Shown: positions 1 through 9,808, counted from the stretch's first letter. The stretch is DNA of 64,000 nt from Pirellulales bacterium (GCA_963733035.1 CAVTBU010000007.1:480001-544000); one strand, 5' to 3'. Notes: generated by a model not told the origin, from the sequence alone. A program made the numbers and translations.

Positions 1-55
1 GCGATCCGTTTTCTCGCCGCCGACTGGTGAGCAACGAACGGATTGGTAAAGAGAG

Positions 56-146
56 CCCTCGCGCGCCGCGTCCGGTTAGTAGCCAGCCGCAAACCCAATA
101 AGCCCAGCGCCAGTCGCAACACACCAACCCGACGCGCAAGCGAGGG
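56..146. repeat. Degenerate inverted pair of REP-like elements (ACCCGACGCGCAAGCGAGG type)
   Basis: CCCTCGCGCGCCGCGTCCGGTT (~56-78) is approximately the reverse complement of AACCCGACGCGCAAGCGAGGG (~127-146); a related copy AAACCCGACGCGAAAGCGAG lies at 22181-22200. Confidence 0.45.
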
Positions 147-518
147 AACACCGCGCCGGCAATGAACTCGCAAATTGTTACAGAATCGACAGATCGAATC
201 GCACCGGGCCGCCAACCGATCTCGCGCGGAGCAGGAATCTCAACAATTCTCGGGGGGAATCTCTTGACTTCAGGGTGCCCGATCGATCATGCATATTGAG
301 AAATCGGAGTGGCCGCCGCGCCGCGCAGGCCTGACCGGAGTTCGCTAAATGCTCACCCCAATTCGATCCCCAGAAACAGGGCGCTCGCGCTCCGCCATCG
401 CCGGTGGAGCGCCGGCGCCCTGTTTCTTTTGTTGCTTGAGAACAGATGCAAGGCAGAACGGCTGATGGGTCGCCAGTGTGAATTCTGATCGAAACATTTC
501 AGGTTAGGAGAGTTCGCC

Positions 519-1370
519 ATGTCTTCCAATCTTAAGCGCGTGATCTCGTTGCTGACGATTCTTGCTGCCCTCGTTGTCGCTTCGACCACCAGGGCGGGGA
601 GCTTGACGCCGAACCCGGCGAACGGCAGTCCGCATACCGCGGCATCTCCCAATGGCTTCTACGTCTCTTTGATTCCCGATCCCGCGTCGTACCGCTCGCC
701 GGCCATTGGTTGCCCGTGGCTTGTGCCCGCGGCACAGTCCGCGACCCAGCCTTACAATACCGACGCGAACAACGCGTGGTTTTTCAACTACGCGGCCGCG
801 TTCAATGGCACGTTCAACATGACGACCTACGCGGCCACGAACGACGGCACGTATGGCGGAGCCGACTTCACCATCACTTACACGCCAGGCGCGGGCGACC
901 CGACTGGCGCCGACGTCCGCTGGATGCAGGTGATCGACACCAACATGCCCACGACCCGCGGCGTTACCTATGGCGTGCCCGGCACCCCGGCCGGATACAC
1001 CTCCTATCTCGACAACGCGGGCCCGGACGACCTGAACAACAATCCTCCGGTCGACCCCTACTACGGTTGGCTGACCGCCACGAACCCCAACGACATCACC
1101 ACTTCCACGGCCGCCAACAGCACTTCCTTCACCGACACGCCGGCCCTGCCCCTGGCCGTGGGCCGCGACTGGGAGGCGCAGGTGTTTGTGGTGAGCGAAA
1201 CGACCGCACTCGATCCGCATCAGCCCAATATCACCGACCACTACGTGACGATCTACGGCGGCGTGTGGTGGGGATTCCGCGTCATCCCCGAACCCTCCAC
1301 CATCGTCCTCAACACGATCGGCGCCATCGGGCTATTGGTCTACGGGTTACGGCGAAAGCGAGCGGCGTAA
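519..1370 (+). CDS. PEP-CTERM sorting domain-containing secreted protein
   Basis: AGGAGAG RBS; N-terminal signal peptide; Thr/Pro/Asn-rich body; C-terminal IPEPST + hydrophobic helix + RRKR. Confidence 0.9.
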   Translation: MSSNLKRVISLLTILAALVVASTTRAGSLTPNPANGSPHTAASPNGFYVSLIPDPASYRSPAIGCPWLVPAAQSATQPYNTDANNAWFFNYAAAFNGTFNMTTYAATNDGTYGGADFTITYTPGAGDPTGADVRWMQVIDTNMPTTRGVTYGVPGTPAGYTSYLDNAGPDDLNNNPPVDPYYGWLTATNPNDITTSTAANSTSFTDTPALPLAVGRDWEAQVFVVSETTALDPHQPNITDHYVTIYGGVWWGFRVIPEPSTIVLNTIGAIGLLVYGLRRKRAA

Positions 1371-1380
1371 GGCACTCGGC
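1285..1380 (+). repeat. PEP-CTERM anchor-coding repeat, copy 1 (copy 2 at 3870-3965)
   Basis: 96-nt ungapped alignment with 8 mismatches by manual count. Confidence 0.9.
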
Positions 1381-1915
1381 CGAACATTGCTTTGGCCCAT
1401 CGTGCTTTGGTACTTAGTCACGATCCCTCACCCGGCCACACGACATCACGACTCGGTGTCCGCGGGTTTTGCGATCGGCGACCCTGCGCCGCGTTGTAAC
1501 CTCACGTCGGCCGATTCGTTCGCCGGCCCATCCGTGCGACCCTTACTAAAAAGTAAACCAGCGATGTGAGCCCGATTCGCAACCGCTGCGAACCGGCCAA
1601 ACGCCGCGTAAAACGCGGCAAACGAACGGATCGCCCGCCGCTTTTCATTGCGCTTAAGTATGGATTCGAAAAAGCGTAACGCGCTTAGGGACGATTGACA
1701 GGCCCTGCCGAGGGATGCAATATGAGCTGTGTCGTAATTACGGCGGCGGCGTCCAGCCTCTAGGTTTGAACCGCGCTTCCGAGGCGCGGACCGGTTGAGC
1801 GTGCCGGGGCAATTCTCTTTCGACATCGCGAGACGTAGCTACTGAGCATTTCATTTCCCGGGCAGCGACGCTCGCTGCACTTTCTTTCTCCGCTCAGTCG
1901 TTTCGAGGTTTCCCG

Positions 1916-3955
1916 ATGGCTCGCTGTACGCTCACGTTGTTCGTCGTTCTCTCGCTGCTCCTGCTGACCGGCGCTTCGGCCCAGGCCGAGTATCAATTCG
2001 TCCAGGAGTTCGGCTCCAGCGGCACTGGCCCCGGTCAATTTCAACTCGGCCCATCGGCCGTGGCCGTTGACAGCTCCGGAAACGTTTGGGCGACTAGTTA
2101 TTTTGGGCCTTATTTTGGGCTGGTCGAAGAATTCAGCGGCAGCGGGGTGTTCATTCAGCAATTCGGCTCAACTCACAGCGCGGAAGGTGCGATCGGTGAC
2201 GTGAACTCCATCGCGATTGATCATTCCGGCAACGTGTTTGTTGCCCAGTCGGGAGGCACCGCGCCCGTCATGGAGTTCAACAGCAGCGGGGATTTCATCA
2301 GGCAAATTGGGACCTGGGGCCCATTTGGAGCAGAAGCCACCGGAGATGGCGAGCTTTATCAATACGGTCCTAATGCGGTGGCAACCGACAGCTTGGGCAA
2401 TGTCTGGGTCGCCGATACCTATGACAACCGTATCGAGGAATTCAGTAGTACCGGGCAGTTCATCAGGCAGGTCGGTTCGCTCGGCAGCGGCGATGGGCAG
2501 TTGCACTATCCTACCGGCATCGCAGTTGACACTTCCGACAACGTCTGGGTCGCCGACACCAACAACGACCGGATCGAGGAGTTCAGCAGTAATGGGGCAT
2601 ACATTTCCCAGGTCAGCCTGGGTATTGCTGCACCCCAAAGCATCGCGATCGATGCGTCGGGCAACATTTTTGTCGCGCACTTTTCCCCTGTCCCGAACTC
2701 TTCCGTCGAAGAGTTCACCAGCAGCGAAGCCTTGATCACGCAGTTCGGGTCATCTGGCAAAGGGACTGGGCAAATAGAATCACCCCAGGGCATAGCCGTC
2801 GATGCCTTCGGCAACGTGTGGGTTGCCGATAGGGGTAACAACCGCATCGAAGAGTTCAGCCTCGTCGTCCCCGAGCCGTCGAGTTGGCTGCTGGCGGTGA
2901 TGGGATTGATGGTCTTCGCCGCATTCCGCTGCCGCCGTCTTCTGCCTGTCTTTCGGCAGCAACGCCTAAGGCCTCACTTCATGCCGTCGCGAATTCCCCG
3001 ATCCTTGATCGCACTGACAATTCTCGCGCTTGGTTTCGTGCTGACCGCCGCGCCGGCCCAGGCCGAGTATCAATTCGTCCAGGCCTTCGGCTCCTATGGC
3101 AGTGGAGACGGTCAACTCGCTCAACCATCCGGCCTGGCTGTGGATAGCGCCGGCAACGTCTGGGTCGCCGATACCAACAACAACCGCATCGACGAGTTCA
3201 GCAGCAGCGGCGCATACATCCAGCAGTTCGGTACGTACGGCACAGGGAACGGTCAATTCACGAGTCCGACTGGGATAGCGATCGACTCATCGGACAATAT
3301 CTGGGTTGCCGATGCCCCCCCCTTCACCAACCGCATCCAGGAATTTAGCAATACCGGGCAGTTCATCGGGCAGATCAGTTGTGGTGCTGACTTCGACCCC
3401 GCTAATTTGGCGCTCGATGGATCGGGCAATCTTTGGGCCTCGGGCGGTCTCTACAATTCTCAGAGTACTTCCTACGTCCTGGGGATTGAGGAATTCGACA
3501 GTGGGGGCTCACCTATTGCACAGTTCACAGCCGAACGCGGTGTCGACTTTGCATTCGACAGCTCCGGCAACATTTGGTTGGCCGGCGAGTTCTCAATTTA
3601 CGAGTATTCCCCCAGCGGAGTCTATCTCACGCAGATCAATGTTCAAGGGGTGCCAGCGGGCGGCATCGCGATTGATCACGCCGATAACATTTGGGTGACG
3701 ACAGTCTTGAACGGCGTCGAGGAGTACAACAGCAGCGGCGTCTATGTAACTCAGTTCGGCTCAAAAGGGAGCGGGAACGGTCAATTCCTGGCTCCGACTT
3801 GGATAGCGATCGATGCTTCAGGCAACCTCTGGGTTCTCGATACCCACCGCATCCAAGAGTTCAGCCTCGTCCCCGAGCCACCCACCATCGTCCTCAACAC
3901 GATCGGCGCCATCGGGCTATTGTTCTACGGGTTACGGCGAAAGCGATCGGCCTAG
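1916..3955 (+). CDS. Tandem NHL-repeat beta-propeller protein with two signal peptide/PEP-CTERM units
   Basis: Many NHL repeats (P.GIAVD..GNVWVADT.NNRI.EF); internal VPEPSSWLL-TM-basic segment followed by a second signal peptide (APAQA/EYQFVQ); terminal VPEPPT-TM-RRKR. Confidence 0.85.
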   Translation: MARCTLTLFVVLSLLLLTGASAQAEYQFVQEFGSSGTGPGQFQLGPSAVAVDSSGNVWATSYFGPYFGLVEEFSGSGVFIQQFGSTHSAEGAIGDVNSIAIDHSGNVFVAQSGGTAPVMEFNSSGDFIRQIGTWGPFGAEATGDGELYQYGPNAVATDSLGNVWVADTYDNRIEEFSSTGQFIRQVGSLGSGDGQLHYPTGIAVDTSDNVWVADTNNDRIEEFSSNGAYISQVSLGIAAPQSIAIDASGNIFVAHFSPVPNSSVEEFTSSEALITQFGSSGKGTGQIESPQGIAVDAFGNVWVADRGNNRIEEFSLVVPEPSSWLLAVMGLMVFAAFRCRRLLPVFRQQRLRPHFMPSRIPRSLIALTILALGFVLTAAPAQAEYQFVQAFGSYGSGDGQLAQPSGLAVDSAGNVWVADTNNNRIDEFSSSGAYIQQFGTYGTGNGQFTSPTGIAIDSSDNIWVADAPPFTNRIQEFSNTGQFIGQISCGADFDPANLALDGSGNLWASGGLYNSQSTSYVLGIEEFDSGGSPIAQFTAERGVDFAFDSSGNIWLAGEFSIYEYSPSGVYLTQINVQGVPAGGIAIDHADNIWVTTVLNGVEEYNSSGVYVTQFGSKGSGNGQFLAPTWIAIDASGNLWVLDTHRIQEFSLVPEPPTIVLNTIGAIGLLFYGLRRKRSA

Positions 3956-3965
3956 GCCACTCGGC
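3870..3965 (+). repeat. PEP-CTERM anchor-coding repeat, copy 2
   Basis: Matches 1285-1380 from the PEP codons to ~10 nt past the stop. Confidence 0.9.
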
Positions 3966-4002
3966 GGTTGTCCTGATCGAAACGATTTCCTGTAAGTAGC
4001 CC

Positions 4003-5160
4003 CTAGCCGTCGTACGGCCGGCCGTACGGCGTCTCGCTGACTTCCCAGCCGCGCCGGTCGTCTCGCACGCGCATCACGGGCAGGTGCGTCTCGGCGACCA
4101 GCGGTTTTAGCAGCCGATCGAAGGGTTTCCCGTCGAGGTTCGAGCGCAGAATCGGCCACCGCTCACGCTCCCCTTGGCGGCAAGTGACGAGGTTCAACTC
4201 AGAGACGCGCTCCCCATCGCTCGTGCCGTCGGGCTTCAGCATCCGGGTCGTGATGTACTGCAAGTGTTCCACCTCGCGCGCATCGAAGGCGAGGCCGGAG
4301 CGCGGTAGCTCAACGCGGCCACTTGCGCGATCGTAAATGAACCACGGACCCAGCCGCTGCGCTTTGACGGTCTCCCACACCACCAGCAGCGTGAATCCTC
4401 CGCAGGTCAACAGTCCCATGCCCAGCGGCAGGCCGTATACCAGCCAAGGCCCCGCGTCGCCCGTGGCCTTGTTTTTCATCAGCCAGTGGAAACCGTAAAA
4501 GAACCCGGCGATGAGCAGGTTGATCACGATGATTTGCAACACCGGCAGCCGCGCCGGATCGATGCGATAGACCCACTCGTCGAGATAGGCCGTTGTCGTT
4601 TGCAGGTTGGAGTATGAGCCCTCGCCGATGACGAACTTCGCCGGGTCCAGCGTTCCCTCGGCCAGCGCGGCGCTGGCCTCCGCGACGCGCCGCCGACGCG
4701 AGCGGATGACCGCGCGACCAACAAGCACCACGGCCACGGGCGGCACGATGCCGATGGCCAACACCACCCACCGCATCCAGAAATGCCCGCCCCGATCGAA
4801 CCGGGGGATGAGCCAGTCGCCGTCGAACTGGTATGCCTCGAGCGCCGTGCCCAGAACCAACCCCTCGCGCGAAGACGTGCTGCGATACGCTTCCAGCGGT
4901 TTCGAGGACGGATAGCTTGAATTCAAGCCGATGTCCCAACCGATCAAGTCTTCCGACGGATCGCGCTCGATCCACGTCACATAGAGCGTCCGCGGCGCGA
5001 CCTTGCCCGCGTCGATCAGCGCCCGTCGCCGCTGATACTCGTAGCCCGACCGTGTCGTCAGCACAAAGCCGTACATGCTGAACCCAATCCACAGCACGGC
5101 GAAGGGCAGAAACGCCCAAATCAACATCTCTGGTCGACTGGCGTTTGGTTTGGACGGCAT
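4003..5160 (-). CDS. Hypothetical multi-pass membrane protein
   Basis: Long ORF with about four hydrophobic segments; start chosen at ATG 5160 (uncertain). Confidence 0.6.
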   Translation of the reverse strand: MPSKPNASRPEMLIWAFLPFAVLWIGFSMYGFVLTTRSGYEYQRRRALIDAGKVAPRTLYVTWIERDPSEDLIGWDIGLNSSYPSSKPLEAYRSTSSREGLVLGTALEAYQFDGDWLIPRFDRGGHFWMRWVVLAIGIVPPVAVVLVGRAVIRSRRRRVAEASAALAEGTLDPAKFVIGEGSYSNLQTTTAYLDEWVYRIDPARLPVLQIIVINLLIAGFFYGFHWLMKNKATGDAGPWLVYGLPLGMGLLTCGGFTLLVVWETVKAQRLGPWFIYDRASGRVELPRSGLAFDAREVEHLQYITTRMLKPDGTSDGERVSELNLVTCRQGERERWPILRSNLDGKPFDRLLKPLVAETHLPVMRVRDDRRGWEVSETPYGRPYDG

Positions 5161-5323
5161 CGGTCGGTGGCCCCATCGTCGTCGATCCGCGGACGCGTCA
5201 CGGCCTTTCGCCGCGTCCCAACTCCATCCTAGTCGATGGCGCACACGGGAATCGAGTCATGTGGAGGAAACCGGACATCAGGTCGAAGCGGTTTTCTGCC
5301 TCTCAGCGGGAACAAAAGATCGG

Positions 5324-6532
5324 CTAGTCGAGCACCCGCGCCAAATCCTCGCACAAGTCCGCCGCGTCTTCCAGTCCGACCGACATGCGAAAGATGCCCT
5401 CTCCGGCAAACGCCTGGTAGCCGGCAAGCTGTGCGCCGGACAGTCGAAAGGATGTCTCCATCAGGCCGGCCGTATCAAGCCAATAAATCAAGCTGCGATG
5501 ATGGCCCAGCGACACCGCGTAGTGAATCACCTGCAACTGTTTGGCCATCCGCCTCGCCAGCGCCGGACCATCGGACACCTGAAACGTGAGCATGCCCGAA
5601 AAATTCCGCATTTGCCGCCGCGCCAACTCGTGCTGCGGGTGCGAGGCCAGGCCGGGATAGATGACGCGGGTGACGCGCCAATGCGCTTCGAGAAAGCGGG
5701 CCACTTCGAGCGCGTTTTCCTCGTGCACCCGCATGCGCACCGGCAAGGTCGCGGCGCCGCGAAGGATGAGCCACGCATTGAACGGGGAGAGCACTCCGCC
5801 GTAGTGGATGCCGGCCTCCAAGCGCAGGGCCGCGATATCCTGCTTCGATCCTAACACCGCTCCGCCGAGGGCATCGCCATGGCCGCCAATATACTTGGTC
5901 AGCGAATGCATCACGTAGTCGACGCCCAACTCGAGCGGACGCGTGGCAACCGGTGTGGCAAACGTCGAGTCGACCGCAACCTTGATGCCGTCCTGCGAAC
6001 GCACCACGTCCACCACGGCCGCCAGGTCCGTCAAGCGCAGGATGGGATTGGCCGGCGACTCCAGCCACACCAGCTTCGTATTGGGCCGCATCGCCCCCTT
6101 CACGCCGGCCGGCTGCGACGTATCAACCAGCGAAACGTCGACCCCCATGCGCGGCAGCGTATCGCGCCCCACTTCCGCCACCCCGGCGTAATTCGTGTCG
6201 GTGAGAATCACGTGATCGCCCTGCGATAAGAGCGAGAACAGCACGCCGCAGGTCGCGGCCATGCCCGAGCCAAAACACAGACACGCCTCGGCCCCCTCCA
6301 GGGCACACAGCTTGCGCTCGAGTTGGCTTACGGTCGGGTTCGACCAGCGGCTGTAGAGATAACCGGAACTCTCGTCCAAGTCGTGGGCTGAAAAACCCGC
6401 CACGTCATCGGTAACAAACGTGGTCGACATCACCAGGTTGGGAGCCGACGCGCCGGTAACGGGGTCGGGATACTCGCCGGCGTGCACGGCCGTCGTGCGC
6501 AGTCCACGCGTTGGTCGCGACGGGTGAGTCAT
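5324..6532 (-). CDS. PLP-dependent Cys/Met metabolism enzyme (cystathionine gamma-synthase / methionine gamma-lyase family)
   Basis: YSRWSNPT, FGSGMAA, ESPANP, VDSTFATP, HSLTKYIGGHGD (PLP lysine), RMSVGLED motifs. Confidence 0.92.
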   Translation of the reverse strand: MTHPSRPTRGLRTTAVHAGEYPDPVTGASAPNLVMSTTFVTDDVAGFSAHDLDESSGYLYSRWSNPTVSQLERKLCALEGAEACLCFGSGMAATCGVLFSLLSQGDHVILTDTNYAGVAEVGRDTLPRMGVDVSLVDTSQPAGVKGAMRPNTKLVWLESPANPILRLTDLAAVVDVVRSQDGIKVAVDSTFATPVATRPLELGVDYVMHSLTKYIGGHGDALGGAVLGSKQDIAALRLEAGIHYGGVLSPFNAWLILRGAATLPVRMRVHEENALEVARFLEAHWRVTRVIYPGLASHPQHELARRQMRNFSGMLTFQVSDGPALARRMAKQLQVIHYAVSLGHHRSLIYWLDTAGLMETSFRLSGAQLAGYQAFAGEGIFRMSVGLEDAADLCEDLARVLD

Positions 6533-6703
6533 GAGTCGTTGCTCCTGGAACGTTCGCCGTGCGCCAGCGCCCAGCGCGTGCTGGCGCCCTGCCGCTGGAT
6601 AGTTTTAGTAAACTTTGCGATCGCTCGCCAGCGGCCGCGAAAACGAGCATCCTTGATCGCTGGTTCTTCACCTGCGCGGAACGCCGAGCCGAACGTGTGT
6701 TGA

Positions 6704-6806
6704 TCAGGCCACGGCCTGACAGATTCCCGCGACCGACCTACCGCGGGTGGCACCCAAGACTCGTTGTCGGTGTTGGTGTTGCGAAACAATGGGAGCGATC
6801 GTCCGC
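6704..6806. repeat. REP-like cluster: TCAGGCC-AC-GGCCTGA palindrome plus partial block D
   Basis: Palindrome resembles the REP unit at 58042-58109; GGTGTTGCGAAACAATGGGAGCGATCGTCCGC matches 8476-8517 and the reverse complement of ~63745-63805. Confidence 0.65.
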
Positions 6807-6862
6807 GGTCAGCCGGCGATGATTCGAGAATCAGCCGGCACCGCCCTCTGTCATTAAGACTA

Positions 6863-8167
6863 TTACTTTACCCGCTTCAAGGTAAATGAAGTTTCCCCTG
6901 AACCTCTCTTGATATCGAACGAAGTCGGCCTTTGCCACGCGCCACGCCGGGGAAAACATATTCGCAAAGAATCTCCCTTTAGCTCGTAGATGGCCGACGC
7001 GGTTTCTTCCTGCAATTCGTGGACCAGCGCAGTGGTCCGCTCTTTCTGCGGTGCGAATCTGGGTGTTTGCACGAGGTCGATTGCTGACGGCTCTTGTTGA
7101 CGCGCCGGCCGAACGCGAAACTCATCTTCTTTCTTCCCGTTTGGGCCGATCCATTCCAGCATCTCCTCGTGGAAGACAAACCGAAAACCTTTGATCTTTG
7201 CTTCGGGTACTTGCTCCCCGTTATCTGTGGCTTCGACTACTTCCCACGTACCGTTCAGCCTGGCCAATTCGTCTTTCGCCCGACCGCTAGTCTCGCGCTG
7301 GGGGGATGCCTCATTCGCAGGCTTGCCTAGAGTCTGGGACCCGGCGTGGTCGGATTGATTGGTGCCGCTCCGCGGCTGTCCCCCATTCTGTTTGTTCGTA
7401 AAGAGCTTAGTCTGACTCCATATTCTCTCATACGGTACACCACCTAAGGCTCCTTCCTCCGGTTCTATTGGCCAAAGCTCGTCGAAGTACCCGGTGTTAA
7501 CCGCCAAATGCTGCTTGTTTGTGTCATACCACCGCATGGCGCTCGTGACGAAATCGGCATTGTCTTTGCCAGTGATTCCAACGCCGCCGAAAGCCCGGCG
7601 GACTGCGGCCGCAATGTCATGGCGTACGTCGGGAACCGGGCACTTCGTATACGCCTCTCCGAGAATCAGAATGGGATCGTCGAGCCGTCCTTGTTGCGCC
7701 AGATAATACTCAATGGGCCAATTGCCAACGCGTAGCGGAAATCGCGCCGAGAGCAAGGCGACAAGGCTTTCGCGGTCCCGCGAGTACACGAGCACGTCAA
7801 GCATGAATTCAACCATTGCTCGGTCGAAGTTGCTCCAATCCCTCCAGTGCGTCGGCAGCGTCCCGCACGACGCGACCAAATGCCGCACATCGCTATCGGA
7901 AAGGCTCTTTCTCAAAAGGTCGCCTTGCATCCTTACAAGTTCTCGATGCGCGTCGAACTTGGCGACTGAAATCTTCGCTGGTGTCTTTGCAAAGGTATCC
8001 CGCAACGAATCCCATTCTCTCTTGATTTCGAGCATCTTGGGCGAATCCCAGGTGATGTGCGATTTTCGTGTCTTGGATGGATTCTCCCCACACCCTGACT
8101 GAATCGGTAGCGCAACCGCGACCAGAACCGCGTGAAACGAAACCAGCTGACGAAACGAAACGTTCAT
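6863..8167 (-). CDS. Probable lipoprotein with C-terminal planctomycete TIGR03067-type domain
   Basis: Signal peptide with SGC lipobox-like motif; C-terminal L.GTW.VV...G, P..IDL, IYELKGDSLRICF, RPTSF, TLKR pattern. Confidence 0.75.
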   Translation of the reverse strand: MNVSFRQLVSFHAVLVAVALPIQSGCGENPSKTRKSHITWDSPKMLEIKREWDSLRDTFAKTPAKISVAKFDAHRELVRMQGDLLRKSLSDSDVRHLVASCGTLPTHWRDWSNFDRAMVEFMLDVLVYSRDRESLVALLSARFPLRVGNWPIEYYLAQQGRLDDPILILGEAYTKCPVPDVRHDIAAAVRRAFGGVGITGKDNADFVTSAMRWYDTNKQHLAVNTGYFDELWPIEPEEGALGGVPYERIWSQTKLFTNKQNGGQPRSGTNQSDHAGSQTLGKPANEASPQRETSGRAKDELARLNGTWEVVEATDNGEQVPEAKIKGFRFVFHEEMLEWIGPNGKKEDEFRVRPARQQEPSAIDLVQTPRFAPQKERTTALVHELQEETASAIYELKGDSLRICFPRRGAWQRPTSFDIKRGSGETSFTLKRVK

Positions 8168-8475
8168 TGGTTCGTCCTCGGCCGCGGCAAATTGAGCAAG
8201 CGTGTCTCAACCTTCGCATCGACTCGTAGCCACGCTCATGTTCGCTCGTTGTCCCCTTACCCCGCATTATAACGGCCCCGGGAGTTTTACGGGCGGATAA
8301 ACGAAAGCGCAGACGACCTTGGCTCAGCGAGTGCCAAGGGAATCGCAAAACGTTTTCACCGCAGCCATCGCCTCGACGGGGTGGGTCTGCAAAACCAAGT
8401 GTGGACCGGATACGGCTTCGAGACGCACGTCAGGTCGAATTTCAGAGATCCGTCGCCAAGAACGAGGCGATACCA

Positions 8476-8606
8476 AGCGGTTGGCGGTGTTGCGAAGCAA
8501 TGGGAGCCATCGTCCGCACGATCCCCTCTCATGCAGGCGCAAGACGGCAATCCTTGCCCCTCCTGGCCCCGCGGCAGCCGGACAACAAAGTTGACCGGGC
8601 CGCCCT
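8476..8606 (-). repeat. Block D repeat (contains GGACAAC-N-GTTGTCC-type palindrome); inverted copy at 63660-63805
   Basis: Aligns over ~130 nt with the reverse complement of 63660-63790, e.g. GGACAACAAAGTTG(A/T)CCGGGCC(G/A)CCCT. Confidence 0.7.
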
Positions 8607-8612
8607 GCGCAG

Positions 8613-8807
8613 AGTAGTAGGCTCACGCCGTGAGCCGTTCGGGCGGCACTGCTCGTTGCCTCGCGACCTGCTGTGGTCGGTCGAACCAGTACGGCGTCCC
8701 AGCTTGTCCGCTGCTGACTGATTGACACCCGAGCCTCTCTGCCAACCGGACGCGATCGGTTGCGTCCAACGTGCTGCCGCGACGGCTCACGGCGTGAGCC
8801 TGCTACT
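8613..8807. repeat. Inverted pair of GTAG-type REP elements (REPIN/BIME-like)
   Basis: AGTAGTAGGCTCACGCCGTGAGCCGT (8613-8638) matches the reverse complement of 8782-8807 at 25/26; internal palindrome GGCTCAC..GTGAGCC. Confidence 0.8.
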
Positions 8808-8855
8808 TTGACGCAAGCGAACCCGAGGAATGGAGCCTGATCGAAGATGTATTTG

Positions 8856-9065
8856 AATTCGGGCCAGCACTTCGGCTAGCTTACGGTTGGGAGATTTCAG
8901 ACTCGGGCGATGGAGGTTTTTTTGATGGTCAAACGAGGGCAAATGCAGGATTTGGGGAGGTGAATTGTTCGGTTTTTCGGCCTCCCTTAGGAATGAAAAG
9001 TTTCACAAAAAGTGCAGCGCGAAAATCGAGCCACTTGAAAATCTTCGAAATTCCAAATCGGGCCA
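8856..9065 (-). repeat. ~209-bp AT-rich non-coding element, copy 1 (inverted relative to copies 2 and 3)
   Basis: Reverse complement is near-identical to 57690-57898 and 60794-61001; bounded by TGGCCCGATT / TGGCCCGAATT. Confidence 0.92.
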
Positions 9066-9130
9066 CAACACGCGCGGATTGTTCCGTGTTGGCGGTCAAG
9101 CGGCGGGCGGTCGCGCAGGACGAATTCGGC

Positions 9131-9688
9131 TCAGCCCGGCACCTGCCAATGCTTGATGGCATCGATGGGCCACAGGAGCATCAGCACGTTGAGCGTCAGG
9201 TTGTCGCGAGCGATGGCCAGTGCGGCCAGTTCGAAGGCCACGAACACCGCGGCCGCCGCTTTCCAACTGATGCGGCTGGCCAGGGCGAAACCGGCCAGCG
9301 CCGCCGCGACGTCGGTGAGCGAGTTGAGGATGCTGTCGCCCGTGTAATCGAGGCTGGCGGTGGTCTGCCGGTAACGGTCGATGATCCAGGGGGAGTTCTC
9401 GACGAGTTCCCAAAACACTTCCACGCCCAGCGCCGCAACCAGCCGCCACGCCAGCGGCCACTGCGGCACGAGCAGACGGAGGGCCCAATAGAAGATCACG
9501 CCATGCAACACATGCGAAAGCGTGTACGGATCGAACAGGTTCTGCGAAGTGCAATGACTCCAAGCCGGGCTCCAAACGCTAAACCCATACTTGCACCAGC
9601 CAACGCGGCCTTCCAGGTAAAGCACGACGCCGCACAGCGCAAACAAGGCCACGACGATCGGCAAACTGCGACGAGAGAACAAAGGCAT
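9131..9688 (-). CDS. DUF2585 (UPF0314) family membrane protein
   Basis: SQ.LFDPYT.SH.LHG.IFY, WE..ENSP.II.RYR, Y.GDSILNS, RDNLTLNVLML motifs. Confidence 0.88.
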   Translation of the reverse strand: MPLFSRRSLPIVVALFALCGVVLYLEGRVGWCKYGFSVWSPAWSHCTSQNLFDPYTLSHVLHGVIFYWALRLLVPQWPLAWRLVAALGVEVFWELVENSPWIIDRYRQTTASLDYTGDSILNSLTDVAAALAGFALASRISWKAAAAVFVAFELAALAIARDNLTLNVLMLLWPIDAIKHWQVPG

Positions 9689-9808
9689 GGCGAACGAATG
9701 AACGCGGAACGCGGAACAATGAAAACGACACAAGGCACGTCGCGCGGCGAACCGCCGACCACTTTCATGCCATCAGGCACGCTTGCCGACACTTTGCCCA
9801 GCGAGGCC

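Noticed and set aside
1695..1723. TTGACA promoter upstream of the NHL gene
   Set aside because: Perfect -35 but only a weak -10 (CAATAT) at 17 nt; not enough to call
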